A model generated the notes under the pieces. The model did no database searches and was not told the origin of the DNA. It saw nothing but the letters and a program-made list of their open reading frames with translations. The position numbers were made by a program, and so were the translations under genes. Source: Asterias rubens (lineage: Eukaryota). From it: 64,000 nt of DNA. The stretch spans positions 7,750,001 through 7,814,000 of the forward strand of contig NC_047066.1 of assembly GCF_902459465.1 (NCBI RefSeq), read 5' to 3'. Shown here one piece after another: positions 47,963 through 59,164 of this stretch (its first letter is position 1; each line of letters begins with the position of its first letter).

Positions 47963-48282
47963 AGGCACTGGACACTATTGGGAATTACTCAAAATAATTG
48001 TAAGCCCAAAAACGTACTGGGTAACTACCAAAGGAGAGCTTTTGATAGCATAAAACATTGTGAGAAACGACTCACTCTGAAGTAATGTCGTTTTTGAGAA
48101 GGAGGTAATTTCTCGCTAAAATATTTGAGTCTCAAAAATACCTCATAAGCACATACAGTTGTTGCACTAAGGGTGTTTCATTATGTTCTTGCTATTCAAT
48201 GACTAATTAAGCCCAAATTTCAACAGATACACCAAGTGACAATACTATAGTCTATGACAGTTACCAAACATGTCCATTGCCA
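47963..48282. mobile_element. Diverged Kolobok-like family A relative
   Basis: TTAAAGGCACTGGACACTATTGGGAATTACTC start with a decayed right end. Confidence 0.6.
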
Positions 48283-48316
48283 ACGATGTTGTTGTTCTCA
48301 CAGTCAACCACTCTAA

Positions 48317-48444
48317 GGCCGTGTCCGAAACGGCGACTTCGGCTACAGCTACGGCTAGATCGCGCGCGTCTGCTATTCTTCAACACTGGTAGACGCGCTG
48401 ATCTAGACGTAGCTGTAGCCGAAGTCGTCGTTTCGGACACGGCC
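48317..48444. mobile_element. 128-bp palindromic Tourist/Harbinger-like MITE
   Basis: GGCCGTGTCCGAAAC ... GTTTCGGACACGGCC with a TAA direct repeat on both sides. Confidence 0.8.
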
Positions 48445-48554
48445 TAAGACTTCAATACTTCCTCTGTTACGGTTGTCCCCTTATAAAAACGTTTTTGTAT
48501 TGTTTGAAGCTTTGCATAAGGTGGAGAAATAAGCAGAAACTATGATAACATAAT

Positions 48555-48765
48555 AAAGATGCGGGGACAAACCATGTGTAAATCTCTTGAGTGTTGGCTC
48601 TGAAAAGAGCCGGTTTGGTCTCGACGTTTCGAACAGTATACTCTGCTCTGTTTCTCCTGAAGACAAGCAAAGTGTACTGTTCGAAACGTCGAGACCAAAC
48701 TGGCTCTTTTCAGAGCCAAGCACTCCCTCAAAAGAGATTTACACATGGTTGTACTCGCAAATTTA
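48555..48765. repeat. Inverted-repeat remnant with Penelope-type minimal hammerhead-like motif
   Basis: Near-perfect palindrome at 48598-48716; + strand TCTC-CTGAAGA-stem II-GAAACGTC-GAGA at 48653-48694. Confidence 0.6.
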
Positions 48766-49974
48766 CCATTTATTTATAGTGTCTTCTTAACAACGTTTAT
48801 GCTACAAAGAGGTACTTTGGCAAACCCCAGCGGTCTCGTTATACCGAGAGTTGACTGAATTGATGGTTTGAACCATGGCGGAAGGAAATAACATGGCCTG
48901 AAGGTAGCCCTCAAAGGGGTCAATTTATTTGTATTCAGGAGAGATAATTTACTGCCAAGGGATAAGAGTGAAACTCCATGAGGAGTTGGTTTATTTTTTT
49001 TAGAAAGACCGATATGACGTTCATTAGAATACCTAGAGATTTCCGCCTTCAGTTTAATCTACGCAAACGGCCTGCAAAATGTTTGATATTATTTTGTTTC
49101 ATTCCGTCCAATGATCTATTAATATTTCAAGTGAAAGTTGTGTGTTTATATATTTTGTTAATTACCCCAGTGACCTTACTGCTCAGTAATCTACGTAGGT
49201 TCGTTCACAAAAAAAATGTTTACGATTACTTGTTTTCATTCCGTCCAATAATCTATGAATATTTCTAGTGAAAGTTGTGTATATATAAAACAAATTTGGA
49301 TCCTTAACATGCTGTGATTTTTGTAAATAAATTCCAAATTCTATAACAATTCCGTCCTGTGCGTTGTGGGCGAATTATATATTTCTGCATCTTATATTTG
49401 GTATTAGATTTTGCAATCTTTGTAAATACTTCTGTTTTCATAAAGAATGTAAATATTTATCTAAGCTTATCCGTCCATAACAAGTTTTCCGTTTTCTTGA
49501 CAAGATATATGACATTTTTTATTATAAAGTAATACATGAATTCGTGGCCTGTCAATTTGAATATTGTAATTGAAGCAATAAACATGACAAAGTATTGTAC
49601 CTGTCATTAAATTGAACCTTGTTTCATTTAAAGATTTGTTTCATTTACCCCAAAATACAGAGGGTTCCTCACTCCCCCCCCCCCCCCCCACCCACCACCA
49701 CACCCAAAGAAATATTGACTTTGTCCCAAACGAAAGAATTTGGGAAAGTGTGCATTAAATTATTATAGTGAAACACAATGTGCTACAGTACGGTGAAACT
49801 TGTGTATGCATCCTGACCCTGAATTAAAAAATATGTCAACCTTTCCTTGCAATTGATGTAGCTAATTAGCTCGACCAACATTGCCACCAACGCAATGCTT
49901 TTGAATGGAGATTTTAAAACGGGGGAAATTTTTGAGGATGGAAATTCTATACTGCAGTTGAAGAATAATGCAGC

Positions 49975-50262
49975 CCGGTGTCAGATGCAATTGTGTCCGC
50001 CACTGTCCGCTCCTGACACATGACTGAACCATGCGCGCGTGTTTCGTCGACCAAGGGTGTTTAATTTACTGCAAGGATGGTTTTGCACGGGGGCAGACAC
50101 AACTGCATATGCAAATGTGTCCGGGCGGACACAATTGCATTATGCAGCAGCGTCCGGGCGGACACGATTGCATATGCATAACCGTCCGGCGGACATTATT
50201 ACATATGTAATAATGTCCTCCGGATAGTATTGCACAGAGGACATAATTGCATGCGACACCGG
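49975..50262. mobile_element. TIR element with internal ~33-bp subrepeats
   Basis: CCGGTGTCAGATGCAATTGTGTCC / GGACATAATTGCATGCGACACCGG; internal GGCGGACAC..TGCATATGCA repeats. Confidence 0.6.
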
Positions 50263-51183
50263 TCGTCAATTTACTCCAATAATACGATTTGACAAGACGG
50301 TTGCCCCACATTTTTCCTTGACTATAAAATTTCAGAAAACAATTACCACTGCACCTACAAAATACACTTCTACTTGTTCCACCTTGTTGACAATGCGTGA
50401 CGTAATTTTTCCGTTAGGCGTCTGTCTTCGACTTCGGTTGAGATCTTGAAATTTTAATTAGATAGTGGATAGTGTTGAAACGTACGTGCAGTTATAATGA
50501 TAAAATTTAGGCGACCAGAGACTAATTTCATAGGGCAGACAATATTGATTGATACTACTTGCTTGCTAAGCAGAAATGAGCAGCATACCAATGAACAAAA
50601 TGTACATGCGACGTGGCATTTGGACTGGTAACCTTATCCTAGCAGCTTTATGTAAATGGGTTTAGATTCCTCCATGTTTAGCGTATGATGAAAATAGGGG
50701 CCATGTCAAATGAGGAAAATTACAGGCAACCAGTGCCAGGCTAGCTCCAACAAGACCCGTTCACATTTGAATATTTACATGATTATTCTTAGGGATTGCA
50801 AGACATTTAAAATAAAAAAGTTGTCTTGTGTGACAAGGCCCTAACACACAGCCCTCGATTTTCGGCGCCAATAAAAAAAAAAAACCTTCCAGCTGCTACC
50901 GTCTGAAATGTAGTTTTCATTGCAAGCCCTTTTGATCTATCATTCTATTAAAACAATTAGGCATAAATAGCATTCAAACAATCGAACGGTTTCAGAAACT
51001 TTGCCTTAAGATACTTTGCCTAAAAGAAAAGAGAATTGTCAGTTATGAAAATTCAATTTGCACAATGAAATAAAAGAAAGAACACAACACCCAAAGCGGG
51101 GGGGGGGTAAATTTAGTTGTTATCAAATATGTTGTGTTAAATGACAACCTCGTATCTGTGTCTATTGAAAGTGGAATTGCCCG

Positions 51184-51197
51184 GTTTCCAAGGCAAC
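51184..51197. promoter_or_regulatory. RFX X-box-like site
   Basis: GTTTCCAAGGCAAC has one mismatch to GTTNCCATGGNAAC and lies about 75-90 bp upstream of the putative Inr. Confidence 0.5.
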
Positions 51198-51270
51198 CAA
51201 CGTCAACCCGTAAATAATGTGTGTCACTGCCTGTAAGAGAAAAACGTCGAGGGACCAACCGATCTAATTC

Positions 51271-51490
51271 TCAGTCTGGAGCTCTGATGAAGAAGACGGC
51301 GGCCTAAGCGCAGCTGTCTTTCGTGGTCACACTGTTAGAGGTTCGCTGGTGCTGCATGGTCGGTTCACCTCAACAAGTTTAGTTGAGAGAGTTCCGGATT
51401 ATACTGAAGCAGATTAAACAGGTTGCTGGGTTCACTGCGAGTTGTTTTTTGTCTTCATTCAAGCGCACCAATTCATCAACATTTGGTCAG
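51271..51490 (+). other. Putative non-coding first exon of the GPCR
   Basis: Inr-like TCAGTC at 51271, relatively GC-rich body, donor CAG|GTAATT at 51490/51491. A matching acceptor tttattttacag ends at 52934, upstream of the ATG. Confidence 0.5.
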
Positions 51491-52019
51491 GTAATTGTGG
51501 GGTTATTTTGCGTTTTTTTTTTGTTTTTTTTAACATCATATTACGGACGGTTTCATTGACTATCCGTGTAACCATTTTACTGAGGTAATTGTTTGAGAAA
51601 TAGGCCTACCTACAATTCAAGTAATACAATCTAATTGGAAATGTCTAATTTATAATTAAATTGTTACAATGTTGTTTTCCAGCAAATCGGGAAGGCTATT
51701 TCGCTAGTTTTTGTGAAAACTTGATGTCTTAATCTTAGATTTAAGTTGCATGGCCCGATTTCGGCTTACATATAATTTTGTTTTAAAATAATTGTTTCTC
51801 TGAACGACTTTTGGTGACATGTTGCAGTAATTAAACACTTATGCAAATGTAACTCTATGCAAAGAAAATTCGCCGTGTACCCCTGATGAAAGAAAAACTT
51901 CAGGGATCCTGGCACTGGACAGTCACGTTTGGTAATATTGTCAAAGACCAGTGTTCTCACTTGGTGTTTCCCAACATACGCACAAAAGAAATCTGAGATT
52001 GGTCATCACAGGTCGTTAA

Positions 52020-52398
52020 AGCCAGTGGACACTATTGGTAATTGTCTAAGACTAGCCTTCACAGTTGGTGTATCTCAACATTATGCATAAAGTAACAAAC
52101 CTGTGAAAATTTGAGCTCAATCGGTCATCGAACTTGCGAGATAATAATGAAGGAAAAAACACCCCTGTCACACAAAGTTGTGTGCGTTTAGATGGTTGAT
52201 TTCGAGACCTCAAGTTCTAAATCTGAGGTCTCGAAATCAAAATCGTGGAAAATTACTTCTTTCTCGAAAACTATGGCACTTCCGAGGGAGCCGTTTCTCA
52301 CAATGTTTTATATCATCAACCTCTCCCCATTACTCGTCACCAAGAAAGGTTTTGTGCTAATAATTATTTTGAGTAATTACCAATAGTGTCCACTGCCT
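52020..52398. mobile_element. Kolobok-like family A copy in the GPCR 5' intron
   Basis: Full TIRs with TTAA flanks; a partial end lies just upstream at about 51910-51990. Confidence 0.78.
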
Positions 52399-53113
52399 TT
52401 AAAAGCACTACCTTTAACGAATTTTGCACAAGTCTAGCCAATATACTGTGTCCAATCATTCAAAAAACCCAAGAGCAAAATGTTGAGTTCCTTGTTCACC
52501 TTTGATGCCGTCCGGATTACCTAAAATGTGTTTTCTGTTCTGCCGACTGGCTCAGCGCTCGAATATCGGGCGATTGACAGTGTAATAAAGATTGATTTTA
52601 GGCCCTTTCTTGGCGGGTTAATTCTGCCCGGACAGACTGAGAGCAGCTGTAGAAAGTGTCGTGTTTATGGGATGTAAAACATAATTCCACACGTTAACCC
52701 CAATATTAAAAAATAAAATACCTCCGGTTTCGTGAACGAAATTGATAAAGGGAAGGGAATGAATTGGGCAGGACGGTAGCCAGCTAGTGTTTGAAGTCTC
52801 TACATTATAATTGACTTCTTTTGTCAACAATTCGTATGTATAGCATTAGAACATCTCTGCATAATGCTCTGTTCCTCAATATTATATTTGACCCATTGAA
52901 ACAATTATTTATATATTTCCTCTTTATTTTACAGACTGGAATACCCTGAAAACTCGCTGTGATTTGATCGTCTTCTAACAATGCAAAACAGACTCCTGGC
53001 TCGTCATTGTCGACTTATTTTTTGTTTAATCAAATCAGACAAGTTGGCTTGAAATATTAAAGGCGTCAAACTCTAGTATTTTTTAGAAGAAAGTTGGGTG
53101 TCGTTCGGGGACC

Positions 53114-55977
53114 ATGGATGCTCTGACAACCTCTGCAATGACACAAAAAGACATTGATGTAAGTACGGCCTCCTACCTCACAGGCGGGGAGGCAGCGGGC
53201 GGTAGCAGCGACGCGGATGCCGGGCAGCAGGGCTGGGGAGTCGGTGGTATAGAAAACAGTCTCCCTATTCGTATATTCTACACCATTATAGCTTGCCTTG
53301 GAATAACCGGTAACTTCGTGGTCATCTTCGCTCTGATCCGTGTCCCATCCCTACGCAACTGCACCAGTTACTTCATCATGCATCTTGCCTTCTCCGATCT
53401 CGTCACGTCCTTCTGGGTGATCCCATTCCATATGCTCTCAGTAGAGGCGACAGCCAGCGTGCCGGACGGGTTCGGAGGCGAGCTGCTGTGCCGTGTGTTT
53501 TTCAATAAGTACCCGCTGTGGCTGACGATATTTGCCTCGGCGTACAGCATGCTCTGCGTCACCATGGAGCGTTTCTTTGCCATTGTGTACCCTCTCAAGT
53601 ACAAGTCCCTCTTCACACCGTGTAGAACTGCTCCCATGATGGTTTGCTGTTGGCTGGTTGGCGCTGGTTCCAACTGGTTCTTTTTCTACAACTACGATTA
53701 TGTGAGCGGGAAGGGTTGTGTTTTTGTACCGTGGCCTAGCAAAGCCGTCAATGCCGTTATTGGGGTGTACATCTTCGCCGTGGTTTATTTCATCCCCATC
53801 ACTACGATGCTGGGGGCACATTGGAAGATGATTAAGGCGTTGAAAAGACAAGCATCGTTTCTCAAAGGAAAAGGTGAATTCATAGATAGAATAACATTTT
53901 AGATAAAACAGGCGAATCCATTTTAAAATGGCTCTTCTTGTTTTTAAATGCTTGAACAAAACTACTCCTCTATATGCCTATATAAAAATATTTCCGCGTA
54001 ACTGTCACATTACACTTCTCCGCGATATCTTCGGCCCAAAACTTGACATCACTCGTTTGATTGTTCCCAGAGCAAACAAAGTTTAAGGTCAAAAGGCTTT
54101 CAGTGTGGCCGGGCCAATGATTTGGAACAATCTTCGCTGCCATTAGGGAGTCTGCATTTCGTAAAGTCCTTAAGACTCACCTTTTCCCACGTTAATTGCT
54201 CTCAATTGCGCTATGATCTTGATGGAATATCACCTTATCTTATAAAGTTTTAAGAGTCAGTTCAGGTAAATAATTGACATATTTGCTCACGGTAAAAAAA
54301 ATGATTTTGTGTTATACTTTGTGGGTGGAATGGCCTTGGGGTGCAAGTAAACAAAATTGCATTTTCAATTCCATATATAGCCCGTTGCCATGGTTACGGC
54401 TCATTTTGTTTTGTGGCCATTTTAGGCCGATTTTGGGGTCTGAAAAACCTTGTACATCACTACAAAGTATCATCCTTGGCCTTCCTTGAGAAAACAAATT
54501 ATTGCTTTAAATATCACCCTTGTGCTATTTTTGCATGCATCGTGCATTACAGTATGTTTTAAGAACTTGCAAAATTTTACTTCACTGATTAATTTAAGTT
54601 TTTAATTTCTAGGCCTATCATCACTTCAAAGTTCAAAACAAAACAAAAGTATTGCACCATGTGCACCGAAAGCCTAAAGTAAAGACGAAGGAAGTAAAGT
54701 AACGTTAAACATTAAAATTAAACAATCAATTTATAAAATAATTTTGTTTATAATGCATGCCCCAACCTTTGCAAAAAAATATAGTTTACTACAATACAGT
54801 ATACACACAGTTCAATGTACTGTAAATATAATTTACAGTAATATCCCTTCTAAAATACAGTAATATTGCGTGCAACAAAACTGCTGTCTGGAATTTACTG
54901 TGGATTACAGTAAACAACTGTAAAATGCAAACAGTAAACTACTGGGCACAAATACAGTAACATACTGTCAAAGTTACAGCGCCATGTTACAGTGTGTAGT
55001 TTGAATCTCTCCCATGAAAATATCTTTGTTGACACAGGCTATTGTTTTTAAAATATTTACCACTCGTAAAAAGTACAGATTTTTTTTTTCCTTTTTTCTT
55101 TTTTTTTCCTTTTTTGTTATTCAAAGTTTTAAACTTTGGTTAAATTGTTTAATTCCATATTACCCCCCCCCCCGACCAAGGATCATTCAGATTCTCGTGG
55201 CTAAGTCGTCGGAGTGTGAGCAAGATACTTTACTATAATTCCTTTTCTTCACCCAAGCCAGGGGTATAAATGGGTAACCATGGCACTAATGTAAAGCGCA
55301 TCGAGACGCGCTATATAAGAACTTGTCATTATTATTATCCAAGTCGTATAGCCGAAGTTGCTTAATTTGGGAACCGGACCGCAAGAAAATTATCAAAGAC
55401 AATGTTTAATTGTTTATAGTGGCTTATTTATTATAGTTCCAATAACTTTACAATAGCCACAAAACAACTTAAGATCAATATGACAAGAGCACCTCCAATG
55501 GAAAAAAAAAACCCATAAGTATTCAAGTGAAATTTACTCGAGCTTATCTTCAAAGAAATTAACCAGTGTATTATTTTGTGTTATTATTTTACGACAGCAT
55601 CAACCGGGGGTGCGGACAAGAAAAAAGCTTGGCAGCTCGAAGTCGCTCAAGAGCTGAGCCGCATGCTCCTGGTGGTGGTGCTAACCTACGCGGCATGTTG
55701 GCTTCCAAACCAGGCCATCTTCCTGGCCTTCAACCTTGGAGCCCCTGTGTCCTTCACGTCTCTCCCGTACCACTTCTCCGTCATGCTGGCTCTTTGCAAC
55801 TCCTGCATCAATCCTTTCATCTACACCTACAAGAATAAACGGTTCCGGGACGGGGTGAGAATCGCACTTGGGATGAGGTCAGTGGGTGCCGTTGGTCCGG
55901 AGCGATCGCGGGCGGCCGAAGCGACACCGGCGGGAGATGTGGCCACTACTACAGCAACAAGGCAATCAGTGATATAG
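53114..55977 (+). CDS. Class A (rhodopsin-like) peptide GPCR, galanin/allatostatin-A receptor-like orphan, 379 aa; coding exons 53114-53873 and 55598-55977
   Basis: Seven TM segments: GITGN (TM1), HLAFSDL (TM2), ERF at the DRY position, CWLP (TM6), NSCINPFIY (TM7). Kozak gaccATGg. Phase-1 intron in ICL3 (AAG G|gtgaat ... acag|CA TCA) restores the frame. The ligand family is a guess. Confidence 0.88.
54035..54250 (+). mobile_element. Decayed L2-like remnant in the GPCR intron
   Basis: QKAFSVAGPMIWNNL...LKTHLF. Confidence 0.55.
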
Positions 55978-57282
55978 GAGCGATGGAATGGTAGGCCTAC
56001 CCCATAACCTCTGAAACTGAATAACGCTTGCATAATACTGGCAAAATGCATCAAGTACACAATATTTGCACTTTCACATAAAAAAAACAAGAAGCAAGTT
56101 CTCACCCTTAAAAATGGTGCAGGCCAACGTGACGTTTTCACACCATCTTGCTTTCGCCATTTTGGGAGTCAGATCCACAGTTCTAGCCCTTTCAAAACCA
56201 CGGTTTGGGTTTGGACTTCGACTTCGATATCCGTCCGCCTGATGACTGAAGCCCCGTACAAAAAGCGCGTGCACGTTTCGATCCGAAGGGCCCATGTGAA
56301 TAGATGGATTGCACATGACGTCATCGACCACCATCTTTGATGAAACATGCACGCGTCAAAGGCTATCATTGGCCGAGAGCTGTGCGCAGCGCGTACACGC
56401 ATGCAATGTATTGTTTGTCAGCAAATATGGCGGTCGATGACGCTACGTGCAATCAATCCATGTGCATTCAGAAACGTACTAACAATCTTAACATGCAATT
56501 TGACTCAAAAAAGGCAGAATAATATGGGCAGAGAGAGAGAAGCTGCTTGTGACGTCAGTACAAGAGGTGAACAAAACTATTCTTCTTTGAGTATGAGTGG
56601 TGTTTTGTCTTTTCCTACAGAGGTTTAAAAAATATATATATACTATAACTTTAATCATGTTTAATTACAACTATTTTAAGAGTCATGAGCCTGTACTACT
56701 TATTAAAATTCCCGATTGAGTTTTCACAATAAAACAAAAATCGATATGTATAATAATTGTAATCACTTGCACATTAATTTGCACATAACAAAACCAAGGC
56801 TGGACGGGAAATACTTCCCAAACCAAACTATTCTTCCATGAGAGACGGTGAAGATGTGGAGCTGGTATAAATGACTGACGTGGTGGAAATCCAACATACT
56901 TTTAACACATGATAATTCTTGATTTTGAGATCCTTTATATATAGCAGCTAGCTGCGACAGAAAACAGTGTGGGAAACTAAAAGTAGTGCGCCAATGTCAG
57001 ATGACAAAGCGCCACTGGTGATGATTTGAATACGCGCGCACATACGCATTCAAATGTACAATAATGACAACGACCATTATTGTTACGTAACAATCAAACC
57101 AGGTTATTCAACAAGATGTATTCTGTTTGCGCGCATTGTTGACAGTCGTTATGTGGGAAAATAGAAACAATACTGATATTATGGGTTTGTATGATACCAA
57201 GCTTTTAAAACACTTCGAAGCAAAGTAGCAAATGCATGTTTTTCCTGCTTTCAACACGAACAGCAACAAATAATAAGAAGAC

Positions 57283-58800
57283 ATGGAGGAACTTTCATTG
57301 ATGGTAAGTCAACCACGAGTTGTGGTGGATACACGAGAGGGGGAGCCCGGACCAAGTCACGACCCATCGGTCCCTCCTCCTCCTCCGAGCAAGGCATCAC
57401 CAGGGACTGCAGCAGGAACCAGCAATGACCCCAATCTATTCCATCTAAGAGACTGGGGAATGCTCCCGGATGTGACCGCAGCAATGATAGCCTCGTACCT
57501 CTTACCCTGGGAACGAGGTCACATGGCAATGTCGTGCGCCAACTGGCATCGTGCTATCATGGAGTCACCTCATCTATGGAGAACCAGAGACTTCCGCATC
57601 CACGGCAACTGGCGAGACAGCTTCCACATCTCGTATGTCAAGAGTGTCGGCAGGTTCCTGAAGAGGGTGTACTTCACCTTCGGTTTCCGGGCCCACCGCC
57701 GGCCTCGTCGACTGCAGAAGCTCTTCACCGGTATCCTTGCCGAGCTTTACCGCCAGGGTCCGGTGCAGCTGAAGGAGCTTTCTATAACAGAGCTCAGCTT
57801 TCAGAGACACTTTCAGTCCTCAGATACGAACCGTGCCAGAGAGGGTGTCATGCGGTCTCTGAATCGATACCTGCGACGGCAGTCCATGCTGGAGAAACTA
57901 GACGTGAGCGATAGTGGATTACGGATCGACGAGGGTGTGGGTCTCTTGTTGTCGGTGAGCGAACATTCATCAACCAGCCTCCGGAGTCTCTTCATTGAAG
58001 ATATGTTCCAGATGGGAGCTACAGTTCACAGCGAGCCTCGTTTTGCCGTTACCCTCAGCCGTTTCACTCGCTTAGTGGATATCAGCATGAACTACAGTTG
58101 CTTCTCTGCCGAAGTATTGACTCACCTAGCCAGGAGTTGCCGTTCCACATTGGAGCTCCTCACCATCTCCACAAATCGCCAGGACAAGCACGAACACACA
58201 ATCGACAGAACCGCCTGGGTGGGGTTCAGTGAAGCCATGCCACGCACTCGAGTCAAGGTCATAATGAGTGGTATCATGCGAATGGGTGCCGTGTATCGCA
58301 TCCTCGGCCCCGGTATGCCTCTACAGAGTGTCCGCATGTACGGCTACAACGACGGTGGGTTCCGCCCCGACCGGGCACTCCGTCACATCTCGCGGAACTT
58401 CCAGCACATCGTAGAAAAAATCTCTGTGGACGTCGGGCCCGTGTACCACTCTTACAACAGGGGATTCCTCTCGCTCGTCCAGGCATGCACGGCATTGAAG
58501 AGTCTGGAGATCCACGGGAGAATACAGTGGCCGGCTCTACGAGACGTCTTCGACTTCGTGGATGAGAGCTTCATTAAGAAGGGTCTTCGCCCGAGTCTGA
58601 CGTACCTCAGAGTGGTCATCACGATGATAGGCTTCGGTCAGGAGGAGGCACTGGTCATGGAAGAGTTCAGACCCACCTTCGTCCAGCATAATCTTAACTA
58701 TGAGCTCGTCTTTGATCCAATGTACCCAATGCCTCTTGGTCCTGTACCGATTGATGACCCACAACAGGAGGAAGACGAACTGATAGCGCTAGTCTGGTAG
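57283..58800 (+). CDS. Intronless F-box protein with LRR-like C-terminus (FBXO39/FBXL-like), 505 aa
   Basis: Long open ORF with F-box-like WGMLPDVTAAMIASYLLPWERGHMAMSCANWHRAIMESPHLWR followed by LxxLxL repeats (LKELSI, LEKLDV, LRSLFI, LELLTI, LKSLEI). Confidence 0.82.
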   Translation: MEELSLMVSQPRVVVDTREGEPGPSHDPSVPPPPPSKASPGTAAGTSNDPNLFHLRDWGMLPDVTAAMIASYLLPWERGHMAMSCANWHRAIMESPHLWRTRDFRIHGNWRDSFHISYVKSVGRFLKRVYFTFGFRAHRRPRRLQKLFTGILAELYRQGPVQLKELSITELSFQRHFQSSDTNRAREGVMRSLNRYLRRQSMLEKLDVSDSGLRIDEGVGLLLSVSEHSSTSLRSLFIEDMFQMGATVHSEPRFAVTLSRFTRLVDISMNYSCFSAEVLTHLARSCRSTLELLTISTNRQDKHEHTIDRTAWVGFSEAMPRTRVKVIMSGIMRMGAVYRILGPGMPLQSVRMYGYNDGGFRPDRALRHISRNFQHIVEKISVDVGPVYHSYNRGFLSLVQACTALKSLEIHGRIQWPALRDVFDFVDESFIKKGLRPSLTYLRVVITMIGFGQEEALVMEEFRPTFVQHNLNYELVFDPMYPMPLGPVPIDDPQQEEDELIALVW

Positions 58801-58818
58801 TCATTCTGTAAAACTTAA

Positions 58819-59164
58819 AGGATTTGGGTACCTTTGTATGTAACACAAAACACAATGTCAACAGATTTGTATTCAACTTACACCGTTTGAAGTTATTGGT
58901 AGTAGAAAGCGTACTTTAAATTATTACTTGCTGAGGTGCTGTAGTTTTTGAGAAATTAGTAAAACCGTGTCATAAAAAAAACGTTTTTACATGCTAAAAT
59001 AATTTTCGTCTCATGATCACTGAGACGAAAATTATTTTCACGACATTGTTTTACTCATTTCTTTTCAGGGAAGCTTTCTACTATCATTATCTTCAAACTG
59101 TGTAAGTTTAGTGTAAATCTGTGGACATTGTGTTTTGTGTCCTACAAAAAGTACCCAGACCCTT
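58819..59164. mobile_element. Kolobok-like family E, directly after the F-box stop codon
   Basis: TTAA AGGATTTGGGTAC ... GTACCCAGACCCT TTTAA; partial copies at about 40117-40432 and 45915-46120. Confidence 0.68.

Noticed and set aside
50039-50227. Ankyrin-like GRTQLHYAAASG peptide
   Set aside because: It arises from 33-bp (11-codon) subrepeats inside a TIR element, not 33-aa ankyrin units, and has no splice context.
51294-51345. CTGATGA hammerhead core near the GPCR promoter
   Set aside because: No GAAA core or closing stems follow.
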